This document shows positions 1 to 9,375 of a stretch of DNA of 64,000 nt, in pieces. Source of the stretch: Nannocystales bacterium (GTDB taxonomy: Bacteria > Myxococcota_A > Polyangia > Nannocystales > Nannocystaceae); assembly GCA_050633305.1 (NCBI GenBank), contig JBOEGF010000011.1:235946-299945 (forward strand), read 5' to 3'. The translations under genes and the position numbers were made by a program. The stretch's first letter is position 1. Each line of letters begins with the position of its first letter. The notes under the pieces are model-generated. The model was not told where the DNA came from and did not search any database. It saw only the letters and a list, made by a program, of their open reading frames with translations.

Positions 1-618
1 GTGCTCATCTCCGGCGGCGACCCGCTGAGCCTCAGCGACAGGAAGCTGGCTGAGATCTGCGCTCGGCTGCGTTCGATCCCCTCGATCGAGGTCCTACGTC
101 TGTGCACCCGCAACCCGGTGACGTTGCCCCACCGCATCACCGACGCGCTGCTCGAGACTCTGCGCCCACACCACCCGATCTACGTCCATACCCACTTCAA
201 CCACCCCGCAGAGTGCACCCCCGAAGCCGGGGCCGCGCTCGATCGGCTCGCGGATGCCGGCTTCAATGTTGGCAACCAGATGGTGTTGCTGCGCGGGATC
301 AACGACGACGCCGAGACGGTCGAGGTCCTCAATCGGTGGCTCGTGCGCCATCGATGCCGGCCGTACTACATGCTCCAGTGTGATCCCGTCGGCGGCACCG
401 CGCACATGCGGACCCCGGTCGATACTGGCGTGGAGATCCTCGACGCGATGCGCGGCCGGGTCAGTGGGCTTGCGATCCCCCAACTGGTGGTGGATCTGCC
501 CGGTGGAGGGGGCAAAGTGACCCTCACACCCGAGCGGCTCGTTCGTCGTGACGGCAACAAGCGCGTCTACCGCGACATGCGCGGGCGAGAGTTCACGTAC
601 GTAGATGAACCTCTGTGA
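1..618 (+). CDS. KamA-family radical SAM protein (lysine 2,3-aminomutase/EpmB-like), 5'-truncated by window edge
   Basis: Motifs LISGGDPL, TRNPVTLPHRIT, HFNHPAE, NQMVLLRGIND, RPYY, VDLPGGGGK typical of KamA/EpmB. Confidence 0.9.
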   Translation: MLISGGDPLSLSDRKLAEICARLRSIPSIEVLRLCTRNPVTLPHRITDALLETLRPHHPIYVHTHFNHPAECTPEAGAALDRLADAGFNVGNQMVLLRGINDDAETVEVLNRWLVRHRCRPYYMLQCDPVGGTAHMRTPVDTGVEILDAMRGRVSGLAIPQLVVDLPGGGGKVTLTPERLVRRDGNKRVYRDMRGREFTYVDEPL

Positions 619-727
619 TTCCGGTCATTTGCTGAGCCCAGAAGACCTGGTTGCATAGGGCTCGGATGGGTTCGTCTAACCGAGACGACCGCCTCCGGGC
701 GAATCTCCCCCTGAACTCGAGCGACTC

Positions 728-1570
728 ATGACTTCTTCGACTCTCCCCCGTCGGTTCGCCGCCCTGTGTCTCACCGCGTTGGTGGCTACGCCCGCCGTCG
801 CTGCTGCACAGGAGCCGGCCCCGGCCGACGCAAGCATCGATTTCCTCGTCCTTCGCGAGAACGCGACGGGCTCGGCGAGTGCCGCTCAGGGGTACATCGA
901 CGACCTCGTGGCTGCGATCGCCCGCACGGTCGGTTGGGACGCAGCCTCGGGCAAGTACGTGACACGTCGGAGCACTGCCGAGAAGTACGTCGCCGAGCAC
1001 AAGCCACACTTCGGCATCATCTCGCTGTCCGCCTACCTCGCGCTCAAGGCGAAGTACGAGCTGTCGGTGCTCGGCAAGGCCGACATTCAAAGCGGCGGCG
1101 GACACCAGTTCTTCGTGGTGTCCAAAAACCAGGTCTCGTTGGCAGGGTGCAAGGCGAAGAGCCTGGGCACCAACCACAGCGACACGACCTTCATCGACAA
1201 GGTGGTCTCCGGTGATGACTTCGATCTCTCCGACTTCGAGGTCGAGGACACTCGCCGGCCGGTGAAGACGCTCAAGTCTGTGATCTCCGGCGACGTCGAG
1301 TGCGCGTTGATCGACGACGCTCAGCTCATGGAGCTGCAGCATCTCGACGGTGGACTCGAGATCCACCCGGTGTGGTCGTCGGCATCGCTTCCTCCCATGG
1401 TTGTCGTTGCGTTCCCCGGGGCAGACGCCAAAGCACGCAAGGGTCTGACGACCGCGCTCGGCAGCGTCTGCTCGGGTGAGGGCAAGGCCGCCTGCGAAGC
1501 CACATCGATCCAGCTCGAGACCGCAGGCGACGGCGCGCTGGCCGAGTACGAGAAAGCCTACGGCAGCTGA
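728..1570 (+). CDS. Periplasmic substrate-binding protein, PhnD/phosphonate-binding-like fold
   Basis: Signal peptide (AVAAA-QE); segments FFVVSK, KSVISGDVECALID, VWSSASLPPMVVVAF resemble type II periplasmic binding proteins. Confidence 0.65.
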   Translation: MTSSTLPRRFAALCLTALVATPAVAAAQEPAPADASIDFLVLRENATGSASAAQGYIDDLVAAIARTVGWDAASGKYVTRRSTAEKYVAEHKPHFGIISLSAYLALKAKYELSVLGKADIQSGGGHQFFVVSKNQVSLAGCKAKSLGTNHSDTTFIDKVVSGDDFDLSDFEVEDTRRPVKTLKSVISGDVECALIDDAQLMELQHLDGGLEIHPVWSSASLPPMVVVAFPGADAKARKGLTTALGSVCSGEGKAACEATSIQLETAGDGALAEYEKAYGS

Positions 1571-1591
1571 GTCTGCCTCGCCTTCGAGTTG

Positions 1592-1629
1592 CAAAGATCC
1601 TGCCTGCGCGATGGGGGCGGGGTTCTTTG
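1592..1629 (+). terminator. Imperfect hairpin with short T-tract, possible weak terminator
   Basis: CAAAGATCCTGCCT...GGGCGGGGTTCTTTG pairs with G-U wobbles, 22 bp after stop at 1570. Confidence 0.4.
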
Positions 1630-1642
1630 ATCTGTCGATGCG

Positions 1643-2347
1643 GTGGCCGCACTCTCGGCGTTTTGGCAGACTCCGGTCGTGGTCTCTCGCCCGCTTCTCG
1701 TTCTGACGCTCGGCGTCTGTGCGCTCACGGCCTGCGCGCCCGCTTCTGGGACCGTGGTGCCCACAGCAGGGGCGACGTCGGAGCCCGCGCAGCCCGTGGA
1801 CGCACGCGCGATTCTCGTCTCCTTGGAGAACGACATCGAAGCGGGGACGGCGACCGAGGCTGACCGCGAGCGGGCGTACGAAACCGTGGTGGCATCCGCG
1901 GATGACGGGTCGGCCGACTACGCGTTTGCTCGGGCCGCGCTGGCCGGGCGTCTTGCGGAGCTTCGTGGCGTGGGGGCCGGCAAGCTGGTCACCGAAGCGG
2001 AGTCGTTCGCCCGGTTGGCCTTGGAGCGGGACCCCGACTTCGACGAGGGAGCTGCCACGCGCATGCTCGGCACGCTGTACGTGATGGCGCCGGGACGATT
2101 GGTCGAGCACGGGGATGCCGAAGATGGTCTGAGCCTGCTGGAGGACCTCGTCGAAGCGCGGCCGGAAGACCCGCGCAACCATTTGCGGGTGGCCGAGGCC
2201 TACATCGCCCTCGACGACCCGGAGCCTGCGGCGGCGTTCCTGTGTTTTGCGCACGCGCGTCGGGCTGACCTGCGGCGAGATGATCAGCGACTCCTCGATA
2301 CGCTCAGCGAGTCGCTCGGCGGGAAAGCTGGGCTCGCATGCGGGTGA
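1643..2347 (+). CDS. TPR-type lipoprotein, TatT/TPAT T-component-like
   Basis: Lipobox LTAC; helical motif GAATRMLGTLYVMAPG...GDAEDGLSLLEDLVEARPEDPRNHLRVAEAY. Confidence 0.6.
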   Translation: MAALSAFWQTPVVVSRPLLVLTLGVCALTACAPASGTVVPTAGATSEPAQPVDARAILVSLENDIEAGTATEADRERAYETVVASADDGSADYAFARAALAGRLAELRGVGAGKLVTEAESFARLALERDPDFDEGAATRMLGTLYVMAPGRLVEHGDAEDGLSLLEDLVEARPEDPRNHLRVAEAYIALDDPEPAAAFLCFAHARRADLRRDDQRLLDTLSESLGGKAGLACG

Positions 2348-4998
2348 AGTGCGTCTTGCTCGGGCTCATCGTGGTGGCTGGTTGCCATCATCGATTGCCC
2401 AGGTTGAGCGCGCAGGGCAAACACGCCGAGGTGGTCGAGCGGGTCGAGCACGCTCGCTTCCGCCCGAAGAAGAAGGCGGCACGGGCGTACGCCGCGTCTC
2501 TTCACGCGATGGGGCGCTCGACGCAGGCGCTGGATGCCCTGCTGCTCGACTATCGGCGCGGCGGCGAGGTTGCATCGCTGGTGGCCCTTGCCGACCTCGA
2601 GCGTACGCTCGGCTGGCGAGGGCTGGCTGCGCACCACTACGCTCGCGCGCTCACCCACGATCGCAACGTGCTGAACGGAAGAGGGGAGGTTTGTGGCCTG
2701 TTCCGCGAGCGTGCCCGCGCGTACCTGCACGCCCACGAAGGGGAGGCTGCGGACCTCGACATGCGCCGCGTTTTGGCGCTGTGCGGATCGGAAGAGCCAG
2801 GCGACGCGGAGCTTGCGGCGTCCGCCGACACGGCCGCGCAGCTTCTGGTCGACGCGCGCATCGAGAGCGGCTCCTGTCCGCCGCCTTGCACCGCTGCCGA
2901 GCGACATGAAGCCCTCGCGCCTGCCCTCAAGGCGGCCCGTGCTTCGTCGCCGAGGGCGGTGGCAGAGCTGGCCGCGACCCTGGGCCGGGAGCTCCCCGCC
3001 GAGGTGGTCGTGGAACTGCTGGAGGCGGAGGCCCGGGGGGCGCTCGGCGTCGCGCTGCTCCAGGACGACACGGTGCGGGACTGGGTTGGGGCGAAGTCGT
3101 GGTCTGACCTCGCGCCCACGGTGATGTCGGCGCCGGGTCCTCTCGCGGCCTACGCCCAGTTGCGTCTGTCGAGCGTGGTCGGCGACATGCCGCAGGCGGA
3201 AGGCCGCTCGGGCACCCGAGAGCGGGATCGCTGGGCCGAGCAGGCGTTGCGCGTCCCCGACGTCGCGGGTTGGCGTATCTACGCGGCCCAAGGGGACATC
3301 GCGACGGCGGAGCTCACCTTCGCATCGCGTTGGAGACCGGCGTCGGTGACCGCACTGCCCGCGGATGGTGACGCGCCTCGCGTGGAGCACTGGTCGCAGC
3401 GTCTCGCGATCGGGGAGGGAACCCTCGAGGTTGCCCTCATCGCTGCGCGGCTCCGCGCTGCGGCCGGCAAACACGACCTCGCATTGCGGCTGACGCATCA
3501 GGCCCTCGAGCAGGGGAAGGGCGTCTCGAATGCGGATCGCTTGGCTCGGGACCTCGCCGTCGAGGCCATCGGCTGGGGGCGCCCTTGGCATGCGCTTGCG
3601 GTTCTCGACACCGGCGCGGTCGAGGAGCCCGCGTCACTTCGGGCGGCCGCGGCGACCTCCATCGTTTTGGGCCGAGCAATGTGCGACGGGTCCTGTCGAG
3701 AGGATGAGGACCTCGGGGTCGTCACGCGCGTGATGGGCGAGGCGTGGGTGGACACGAGCCGCAACGCGCTGCTCGGTTGGTCGTTGGCTCGCCGCACCCG
3801 GCCTGCGCCCACTGGGGGCTGCCCGACGGTGGCCGAGCTGACCGAGCCGGACGCCGTGGGGCCGCTCGCGGATGCGATTCGTGCCGCGCAGGACGAGTTG
3901 CGAGGACCCGGGGTCGGTGAAACCTTGTCTGCGGCGATCGCATCCGACCTGCGCAGCTGGTGCGCCGCCTCGATCGTCCTGCCCGCGATGGTGACGGGCG
4001 AGCATCGGCTCCCCGCGGAGCGACTCTCGGATGCGCTGTCCCATGTCCCCGAGATGAATGCGTCGGCGGATCTGGTGACGCACGCAAAGCTCGCGCTGGT
4101 GGCCGGACAGTCTGCCCGTGCTGTGCTGTTGGCCGTTGCTGCCGCTGGTCAGGCCGCTGTGCCCCGCGAGGTCTGGCTCGAGATGGCGGAGTTCTCTGCG
4201 CTCGCCGCAGACCGCGAACTGGAGCTTCGGTCGCTTCGAGAGGCGCTGCTCGTGACGCCTGGCCTTCACGACCCAATCCTTCGGCGCCGGATGTTGCTGG
4301 TCGCGTTGCGCGATGTGGATGTCTCCTGGGGGCAGGACCTCGTTGGCGGGAAAGGGGCCACCGCAGGCCATGTTGCGGACTACTTGGACCCTCTGCCGCG
4401 TCCGCAGCGATGGCGCGAGGAGCAGGCATTGCTTCGCGCCGTCGAAGCTGAGGGGTTCGTGGGCTCGCTCGAGCCCGAGGCGCGTGAGCTGCTGATCGTC
4501 GCGCTGGGTGGGGAGGCTGCGCTCTCGCTGCGGCATCCGCGGGCGCTCGCTCGATTGCGAGGGGAGACGGCTGCACCTCCCGTGGGTCCGTTGGACGACG
4601 CTGGCATGGCGGACGCGGCCGCCGCGGGCCGACTGCTCCAGATCCCCGCCCCCGCGGGGACGCTCGCTGACCCCCGCTCGTTCGAACGGACCCGGATGGC
4701 GCTTGCGACCTCGGCTCGGGACTGGTCCGTTCGGCGCAAGATGGCGATCTCGTTGTTGGTGCTCGGCAGTGCGCAAGCCCGACGTGTGGGGTGGAGCCAG
4801 CTGGCTCAGATGGCCGGCGAGTCCAAGACCGCGCAGCTCGATGCTCTTCGCGATCTTGTCGTCCAGCGCCCCGCGGGGCTTGTCCCGATGTGGGGGCGCT
4901 GGGCACCTGTCACCCCACGGGCGGTCCTCGAGGGCCAGGACAACTTGGTGCGGGTCGTTCTGGGTCTCGATCTGGAACCGTCGCTCGTGGCACCGTAG
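2338..4998 (+). CDS. Large Ala-rich helical (TPR-like) lipoprotein, unknown function
   Basis: 886-aa ORF, lipobox VAGC, overlaps upstream stop. Confidence 0.7.
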   Translation: MRVKCVLLGLIVVAGCHHRLPRLSAQGKHAEVVERVEHARFRPKKKAARAYAASLHAMGRSTQALDALLLDYRRGGEVASLVALADLERTLGWRGLAAHHYARALTHDRNVLNGRGEVCGLFRERARAYLHAHEGEAADLDMRRVLALCGSEEPGDAELAASADTAAQLLVDARIESGSCPPPCTAAERHEALAPALKAARASSPRAVAELAATLGRELPAEVVVELLEAEARGALGVALLQDDTVRDWVGAKSWSDLAPTVMSAPGPLAAYAQLRLSSVVGDMPQAEGRSGTRERDRWAEQALRVPDVAGWRIYAAQGDIATAELTFASRWRPASVTALPADGDAPRVEHWSQRLAIGEGTLEVALIAARLRAAAGKHDLALRLTHQALEQGKGVSNADRLARDLAVEAIGWGRPWHALAVLDTGAVEEPASLRAAAATSIVLGRAMCDGSCREDEDLGVVTRVMGEAWVDTSRNALLGWSLARRTRPAPTGGCPTVAELTEPDAVGPLADAIRAAQDELRGPGVGETLSAAIASDLRSWCAASIVLPAMVTGEHRLPAERLSDALSHVPEMNASADLVTHAKLALVAGQSARAVLLAVAAAGQAAVPREVWLEMAEFSALAADRELELRSLREALLVTPGLHDPILRRRMLLVALRDVDVSWGQDLVGGKGATAGHVADYLDPLPRPQRWREEQALLRAVEAEGFVGSLEPEARELLIVALGGEAALSLRHPRALARLRGETAAPPVGPLDDAGMADAAAAGRLLQIPAPAGTLADPRSFERTRMALATSARDWSVRRKMAISLLVLGSAQARRVGWSQLAQMAGESKTAQLDALRDLVVQRPAGLVPMWGRWAPVTPRAVLEGQDNLVRVVLGLDLEPSLVAP

Positions 4999-5002
4999 TC
5001 GG

Positions 5003-5896
5003 GTGCCGGAGGCTACGCGCAAACCGTCCAGCAGCAGGGCTCGCGCCATCGTTGCGGCGGCCGTTCTTCTGTCCCTGGTGTTGTCGATGTTCGGCGCCGC
5101 CGCTGCCCTCGAGGCCGCGGGTGCGGAGCGTGCCCGCAGAGTCGTGCAGCAACTCGTCCGGCTGGCGGCCTTGGACTCCGAGGAAGGTGCGGACCCGCGG
5201 ACGAAGCTCCCGGTTCGGGTGAATCAGGAGGGGGGGCCGCTGTGGGTCACCCCTGTGGTGGAGGCAGCCGTCGCCGAGCAGCCGTCGTTGATCCTCGCCG
5301 ACGACGGCGTAGGGATCGTGCGTATGGAGGTCATCTCGGACGACACCCACCTCGCGTTGCGCGGGGGGCTGTATCGCCAGGGCTGGAACCTGCGTAGCGA
5401 GCACCCGCTTCAGGTACGGGTTCAGCCCTGGGTCCCGATGCTGTCGCTGGCGTTGGGCTTGATTGTGATGACGCTCTCGCGCCGCATGGGCGTCGGGTTC
5501 GCGGTGGCGGGGGTCGTGGCTCAGTCCCTCGATGCTGCTGTGGGCTGGCCGGCGGAGTTCCTCGCCATTCCCTGGCAAGCTCAAGTGCGCGACGGCCCGG
5601 TGGGGAGCCTGGTCATCGACCTCGCGCTGGGGCTTCCCGATGCTGCCGTTGCTGTCGGCGCGGGAGTGGTCACGCTTTGCACGGTGCTTGTGGCGTTCGA
5701 CCATCGGCGGTCCACGGGCAAAGGCGGCGCAATGATGGCGGCGAGTCTCTTGGGGGTGCTTGGCATCGTCATTTGGACGGAGGCGGCCGCGCGCTGCGGC
5801 TTGGGCCCCTGGATCGGCACGGCAGCAGGCGCAGCATCGATCCTGGCGATGGCCCTGGCGTGGGGCCAACAGGGGCGTACCCTGCGTCGGACATGA
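5003..5896 (+). CDS. Hypothetical integral membrane protein
   Basis: In-frame GTG at 5003 just after upstream stop; N-terminal hydrophobic helix plus several C-terminal hydrophobic segments; ATGA overlap with next gene. Confidence 0.65.
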   Translation: MPEATRKPSSSRARAIVAAAVLLSLVLSMFGAAAALEAAGAERARRVVQQLVRLAALDSEEGADPRTKLPVRVNQEGGPLWVTPVVEAAVAEQPSLILADDGVGIVRMEVISDDTHLALRGGLYRQGWNLRSEHPLQVRVQPWVPMLSLALGLIVMTLSRRMGVGFAVAGVVAQSLDAAVGWPAEFLAIPWQAQVRDGPVGSLVIDLALGLPDAAVAVGAGVVTLCTVLVAFDHRRSTGKGGAMMAASLLGVLGIVIWTEAAARCGLGPWIGTAAGAASILAMALAWGQQGRTLRRT

Positions 5897-8211
5897 GACC
5901 AACGCTCGTCACCGCGCTGCTCGCCCAGTGCGTCGTGGGCTGGATTGCCGGCTGCGTCGTGGGCTGCGGAGACGACGTCGATGACGCGCCGGCGGTGACG
6001 ACCGTCGAGCCTGCGCCGGTGCTTCCGGACGCGCCGGTCGCCTCCGTGGCGGGGACCGACCTCTGGCTGGACCTGCTGTCCCAACGTCCAAGCGCGACGG
6101 TCTCGCGGTTCGGCGCGCTGGAGATCGACCTTGGCACGAAGACCGCGACCAAGCACGTCTCGCTGGGCTCTCGGACCGCCTGGCGGCTGGGAGAGTCGGT
6201 GGGGGAGAAGGTTGCGGGCGTCGTGGTCGGGCGCAGCGCTTCGCTTGAGTTTCCCCTCGACGGTCTGCTCAGCCCCGCAGCCAACCCCAGCGTGGAGGAG
6301 GTCCCTGGATTGGCGATGTCGATCGAGGTCAAGCCGCTGGTGGCCAAACAGAGCATGACGGTCTTGCTCAACGAGCGGCCGCTGGCGAACCTCGTGCTGG
6401 AAGACAAGTGGGCGAGGCGGACGTTCTCTTTGCCTCCCGAATCGATTCATCCGGGCGAGAACCGGGTGCGGCTGTTCTTCCGCAAGGTCGACGACGAGCA
6501 GGGGGATGTCGCTGCTGCGGTCTCCCGGGTCGTTGTGGGGACCCAGGAGCGCATCAAGTCTCCGCCTCCGCAGGCGCAACGCGGGGATGCGATCAGAGTC
6601 AGCGCGCCGAAGGGAGCGGCTGCCGACCCGTTGAGCGTACGCGGCTCTCGGGATGCGGGAGGTGTGGTGCTGGCCGAAGGGACCGGCTTGGCCTACTACT
6701 TCGTGCCACCGCCACGCGCTCGCTTGGCGCTGCACGTCGAAGGGCAGGGCGCGGTGTCGGTGTCGGTCAGCTCGGACGCTGACCACGAAGCCGGAAAGGC
6801 TCCGACCAAGCTCATCGACGAGCCGCTTCGAGGGTCCGGGCAGGACATCCGCGCCGACCTCTCGGGGTGGGGTGGCACGCCGGTCCGGATGGAGATCGCG
6901 GTCCGGGGCGCAGGCGCGTCTGCCACTCTCTCCAAGGCCCGTATCGACGTGCAGCGGTCGATTCCCGTCGACCGTCGTGCTCGTTCGCCGCGCGACTTGT
7001 TCATCGTGACGGTCGAGGGCATGCGTCAGGATGCCCTCAAGGTGGGTCGGCGGCCCTCGCTGCCCAACCTCGACGCGTTTGTGTCCGACGCGCTGGTGTT
7101 CGAGCGGGCCTACGCTCCGTCGCCCGCTGCGGTTCCGGCCCATGCGGCGTGGTTGACGTCTGTGGCCCCGCCTCGTCACCTGACGGTGCGCGGGACGTTC
7201 GTCGCCGACAACCAAGTTCTGCTGCCCGAGGCACTCGAGCGCGGGGGCTACGTCCGCGTGCAATCCACCGCGAACGCGGACGTCAACGCGGCGCGGGGGT
7301 TGCGGCAGGGCATCGATGCATACGGCGTCCTCTCCGATGTTGTTGACGCGCCGCGGGCCACTGCTGTGGTGGCCGACGCCATGGAGCGCCTGCAGGGGAA
7401 GGCCGGGCGCTGGTACATGCACGCCAACGTGAACGACCCGCAGGCGCCCTACGATCCGCCCAGGGAGCTGGTTCGGGATGTCACGCCCCCGCCCGGCGCA
7501 CCGTTGGCCCACCTCACGCACATCTGGGTCGGGCGCGTTCGGCTCGGCAAGACTGAACCCGTCGCGGCCGACCTCGCGTACATGCGGCGGCTGTACCGTG
7601 GCGAGATTCAGGTCATCGACCAAGCCGTGGGGGAGCTCATCGGCTGGCTCGAGCGTGAGCGCCGCTTGGACGATGCCATCGTCGTTCTACTGGGCGTCCA
7701 TGGCGAGGAGTTTTACGAACATGGCGGCGCGGGACACTCTCGGAGCCTTTTCGAGGAGAGCTTGGCGGTTCCTCTGGCCATTCGGGCGCCCTCCCTGCTC
7801 GCGGCCGGTCGTGTCGACACGCCCGTGGATCTGCTGGACTTGTCCCCGACACTGCTGGACCTGCAAGGGATCGAGAGCCCGGACCGCTGGCAGGGTCGCT
7901 CCCTGTTGCCGATCATCGACGACCCGCAGCCGCCCCCTCAAGCGGTCAACGCCTACCTTGGGGACGGCTCCCGGGCGATGGTTGTTGGCCAGCACAAGCT
8001 GGTCCTGGGCCCGGGCCGCAACGAGGACTACACGGACTTGGCCGCAGATCCGGCAGAGGACCCCGAATCTCCGTCCATGCCGGGGATTGGGCTCAGGATC
8101 GTGCGGACTGCGCTGGCCTGGGAGCTGTTGACGGACGTGGCGTGGCGACGCGCCCGCTGGGGAACCGGAGCCAACCTCACGGCCACGTTTGCGCGCGATT
8201 GGGGGATGTAG
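5893..8211 (+). CDS. Sulfatase-like (alkaline phosphatase superfamily) lipoprotein with degenerate active site
   Basis: ATG at 5893 overlapping upstream TGA; lipobox VVGC; sulfatase-type motifs DPQAPYDPP, LYRGEIQVID, HGEEFYEHG, HSRSLFEE, LLDLSPTLL, QGRSL. Confidence 0.8.
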   Translation: MRPTLVTALLAQCVVGWIAGCVVGCGDDVDDAPAVTTVEPAPVLPDAPVASVAGTDLWLDLLSQRPSATVSRFGALEIDLGTKTATKHVSLGSRTAWRLGESVGEKVAGVVVGRSASLEFPLDGLLSPAANPSVEEVPGLAMSIEVKPLVAKQSMTVLLNERPLANLVLEDKWARRTFSLPPESIHPGENRVRLFFRKVDDEQGDVAAAVSRVVVGTQERIKSPPPQAQRGDAIRVSAPKGAAADPLSVRGSRDAGGVVLAEGTGLAYYFVPPPRARLALHVEGQGAVSVSVSSDADHEAGKAPTKLIDEPLRGSGQDIRADLSGWGGTPVRMEIAVRGAGASATLSKARIDVQRSIPVDRRARSPRDLFIVTVEGMRQDALKVGRRPSLPNLDAFVSDALVFERAYAPSPAAVPAHAAWLTSVAPPRHLTVRGTFVADNQVLLPEALERGGYVRVQSTANADVNAARGLRQGIDAYGVLSDVVDAPRATAVVADAMERLQGKAGRWYMHANVNDPQAPYDPPRELVRDVTPPPGAPLAHLTHIWVGRVRLGKTEPVAADLAYMRRLYRGEIQVIDQAVGELIGWLERERRLDDAIVVLLGVHGEEFYEHGGAGHSRSLFEESLAVPLAIRAPSLLAAGRVDTPVDLLDLSPTLLDLQGIESPDRWQGRSLLPIIDDPQPPPQAVNAYLGDGSRAMVVGQHKLVLGPGRNEDYTDLAADPAEDPESPSMPGIGLRIVRTALAWELLTDVAWRRARWGTGANLTATFARDWGM

Positions 8212-8225
8212 TATTTCGGCTCGCC

Positions 8226-9257
8226 ATGGCCGACGCCACCGCTTTGCTGGACCAGATCCCCAAGTTGCTCAAAGCCCGCGATGCCGCCGCGTTGGTCGAA
8301 CATCGCGACCACGACGACAAGAAGGTTCGCAAGGCAGTCCGCAAAGCGCTGCACACCCTGCGCTCCAAGGGCGTCGAGATCCCCGAGGTCGGCCAATCGT
8401 GGAGCACGGGCAGCGCGATCAAGGAGATGCGTGGCGACCTCGAGCCCACCGCTCACGTCGATACCCGCAGCACCCCCGGCGCCCTGCGCTTTCTTCTGAG
8501 CCTGCCCAACGAGACCGAGGGCGCACGCCTGTTCTCCGGCGCGCTCACCCCCGACGACCGGGTCGCCGAGTTCAACGCCTACCAGCAGACCGACGGTCAG
8601 CGCACGCGACTGCTTCGCGACTGGGCCCGTGAGACCGAGTCCCGCGCGGTCTCGGTCGAGTGGATCAAGGGCCGCGTCCGTTGGGCTCGTGAGCAGACGA
8701 TCGCCTCGGGTTACCCCGTGCCGCGAGCGCTCGATCAGGCGCTCTCCTTGCTGGGCGAGACCCCCTCGGAACGCCCCGCGTCCACGTTCCTCGCCGACCA
8801 ACTGTCCAACGAGGCCAACGTGGCCGACGACGCGGCGGACGCGACGATGATCGCCATGGGCATCCCCAACTGGCCCCCGATGATCAGTCTCGACTCCATG
8901 CTGGAGAAAGCGGCGGAGATCCATGGCGACAAGCCGCAGCCCGAGAAAGAGGAGGACCGCTTGGCTCTTCTCGCACAGTCGGTTCAAGGCGACGACGAGG
9001 CCCGCAAGGGACTTTCGGGCACCCTCGCCAACGCGCTGGACGACATGGCCGTGCACGCTTGGCTCGAAGGGGAGAACGACCAGGCCCAAGCGGCCTACGG
9101 TTGGGCCCACGCTCTGCGCAGCTCCGATGCCCCCGAAGGCCTCAGCTTCGCGCCGCGCCTTCTGGGCTACCAGGTCGCCAGCCTGCTACGGGCCATGGGA
9201 GGCCCCGAGGCGGTCGCCCGAGCCCAGGCCCAAGCCGCCGCGTCCGGACAGGCCTGA
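8226..9257 (+). CDS. Hypothetical protein with N-terminal HEAT-like helix pair
   Basis: ATG at 8226, strong high-GC3 codon usage, motif DKKVRKAVRKALHTLRSKGV. Confidence 0.75.
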   Translation: MADATALLDQIPKLLKARDAAALVEHRDHDDKKVRKAVRKALHTLRSKGVEIPEVGQSWSTGSAIKEMRGDLEPTAHVDTRSTPGALRFLLSLPNETEGARLFSGALTPDDRVAEFNAYQQTDGQRTRLLRDWARETESRAVSVEWIKGRVRWAREQTIASGYPVPRALDQALSLLGETPSERPASTFLADQLSNEANVADDAADATMIAMGIPNWPPMISLDSMLEKAAEIHGDKPQPEKEEDRLALLAQSVQGDDEARKGLSGTLANALDDMAVHAWLEGENDQAQAAYGWAHALRSSDAPEGLSFAPRLLGYQVASLLRAMGGPEAVARAQAQAAASGQA

Positions 9258-9301
9258 GCGCTGCAGAGCGAGCACCTGACCCGCTCAAGTGCTGCTCGAT
9301 G

Positions 9302-9335
9302 AAAGCCCCGGCGCTTCGGCGACGGGGGCTTTTTT
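9302..9335. terminator. Intrinsic terminator, probably bidirectional
   Basis: AAAGCCCCG-GCGC-TTCG-GCGA-CGGGGGC-TTTTTT with cUUCGg loop between convergent genes. Confidence 0.85.
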
Positions 9336-9375
9336 GCGGACGATGGCGGACGTCGCGAAGTCTTCGCGGCACCGC

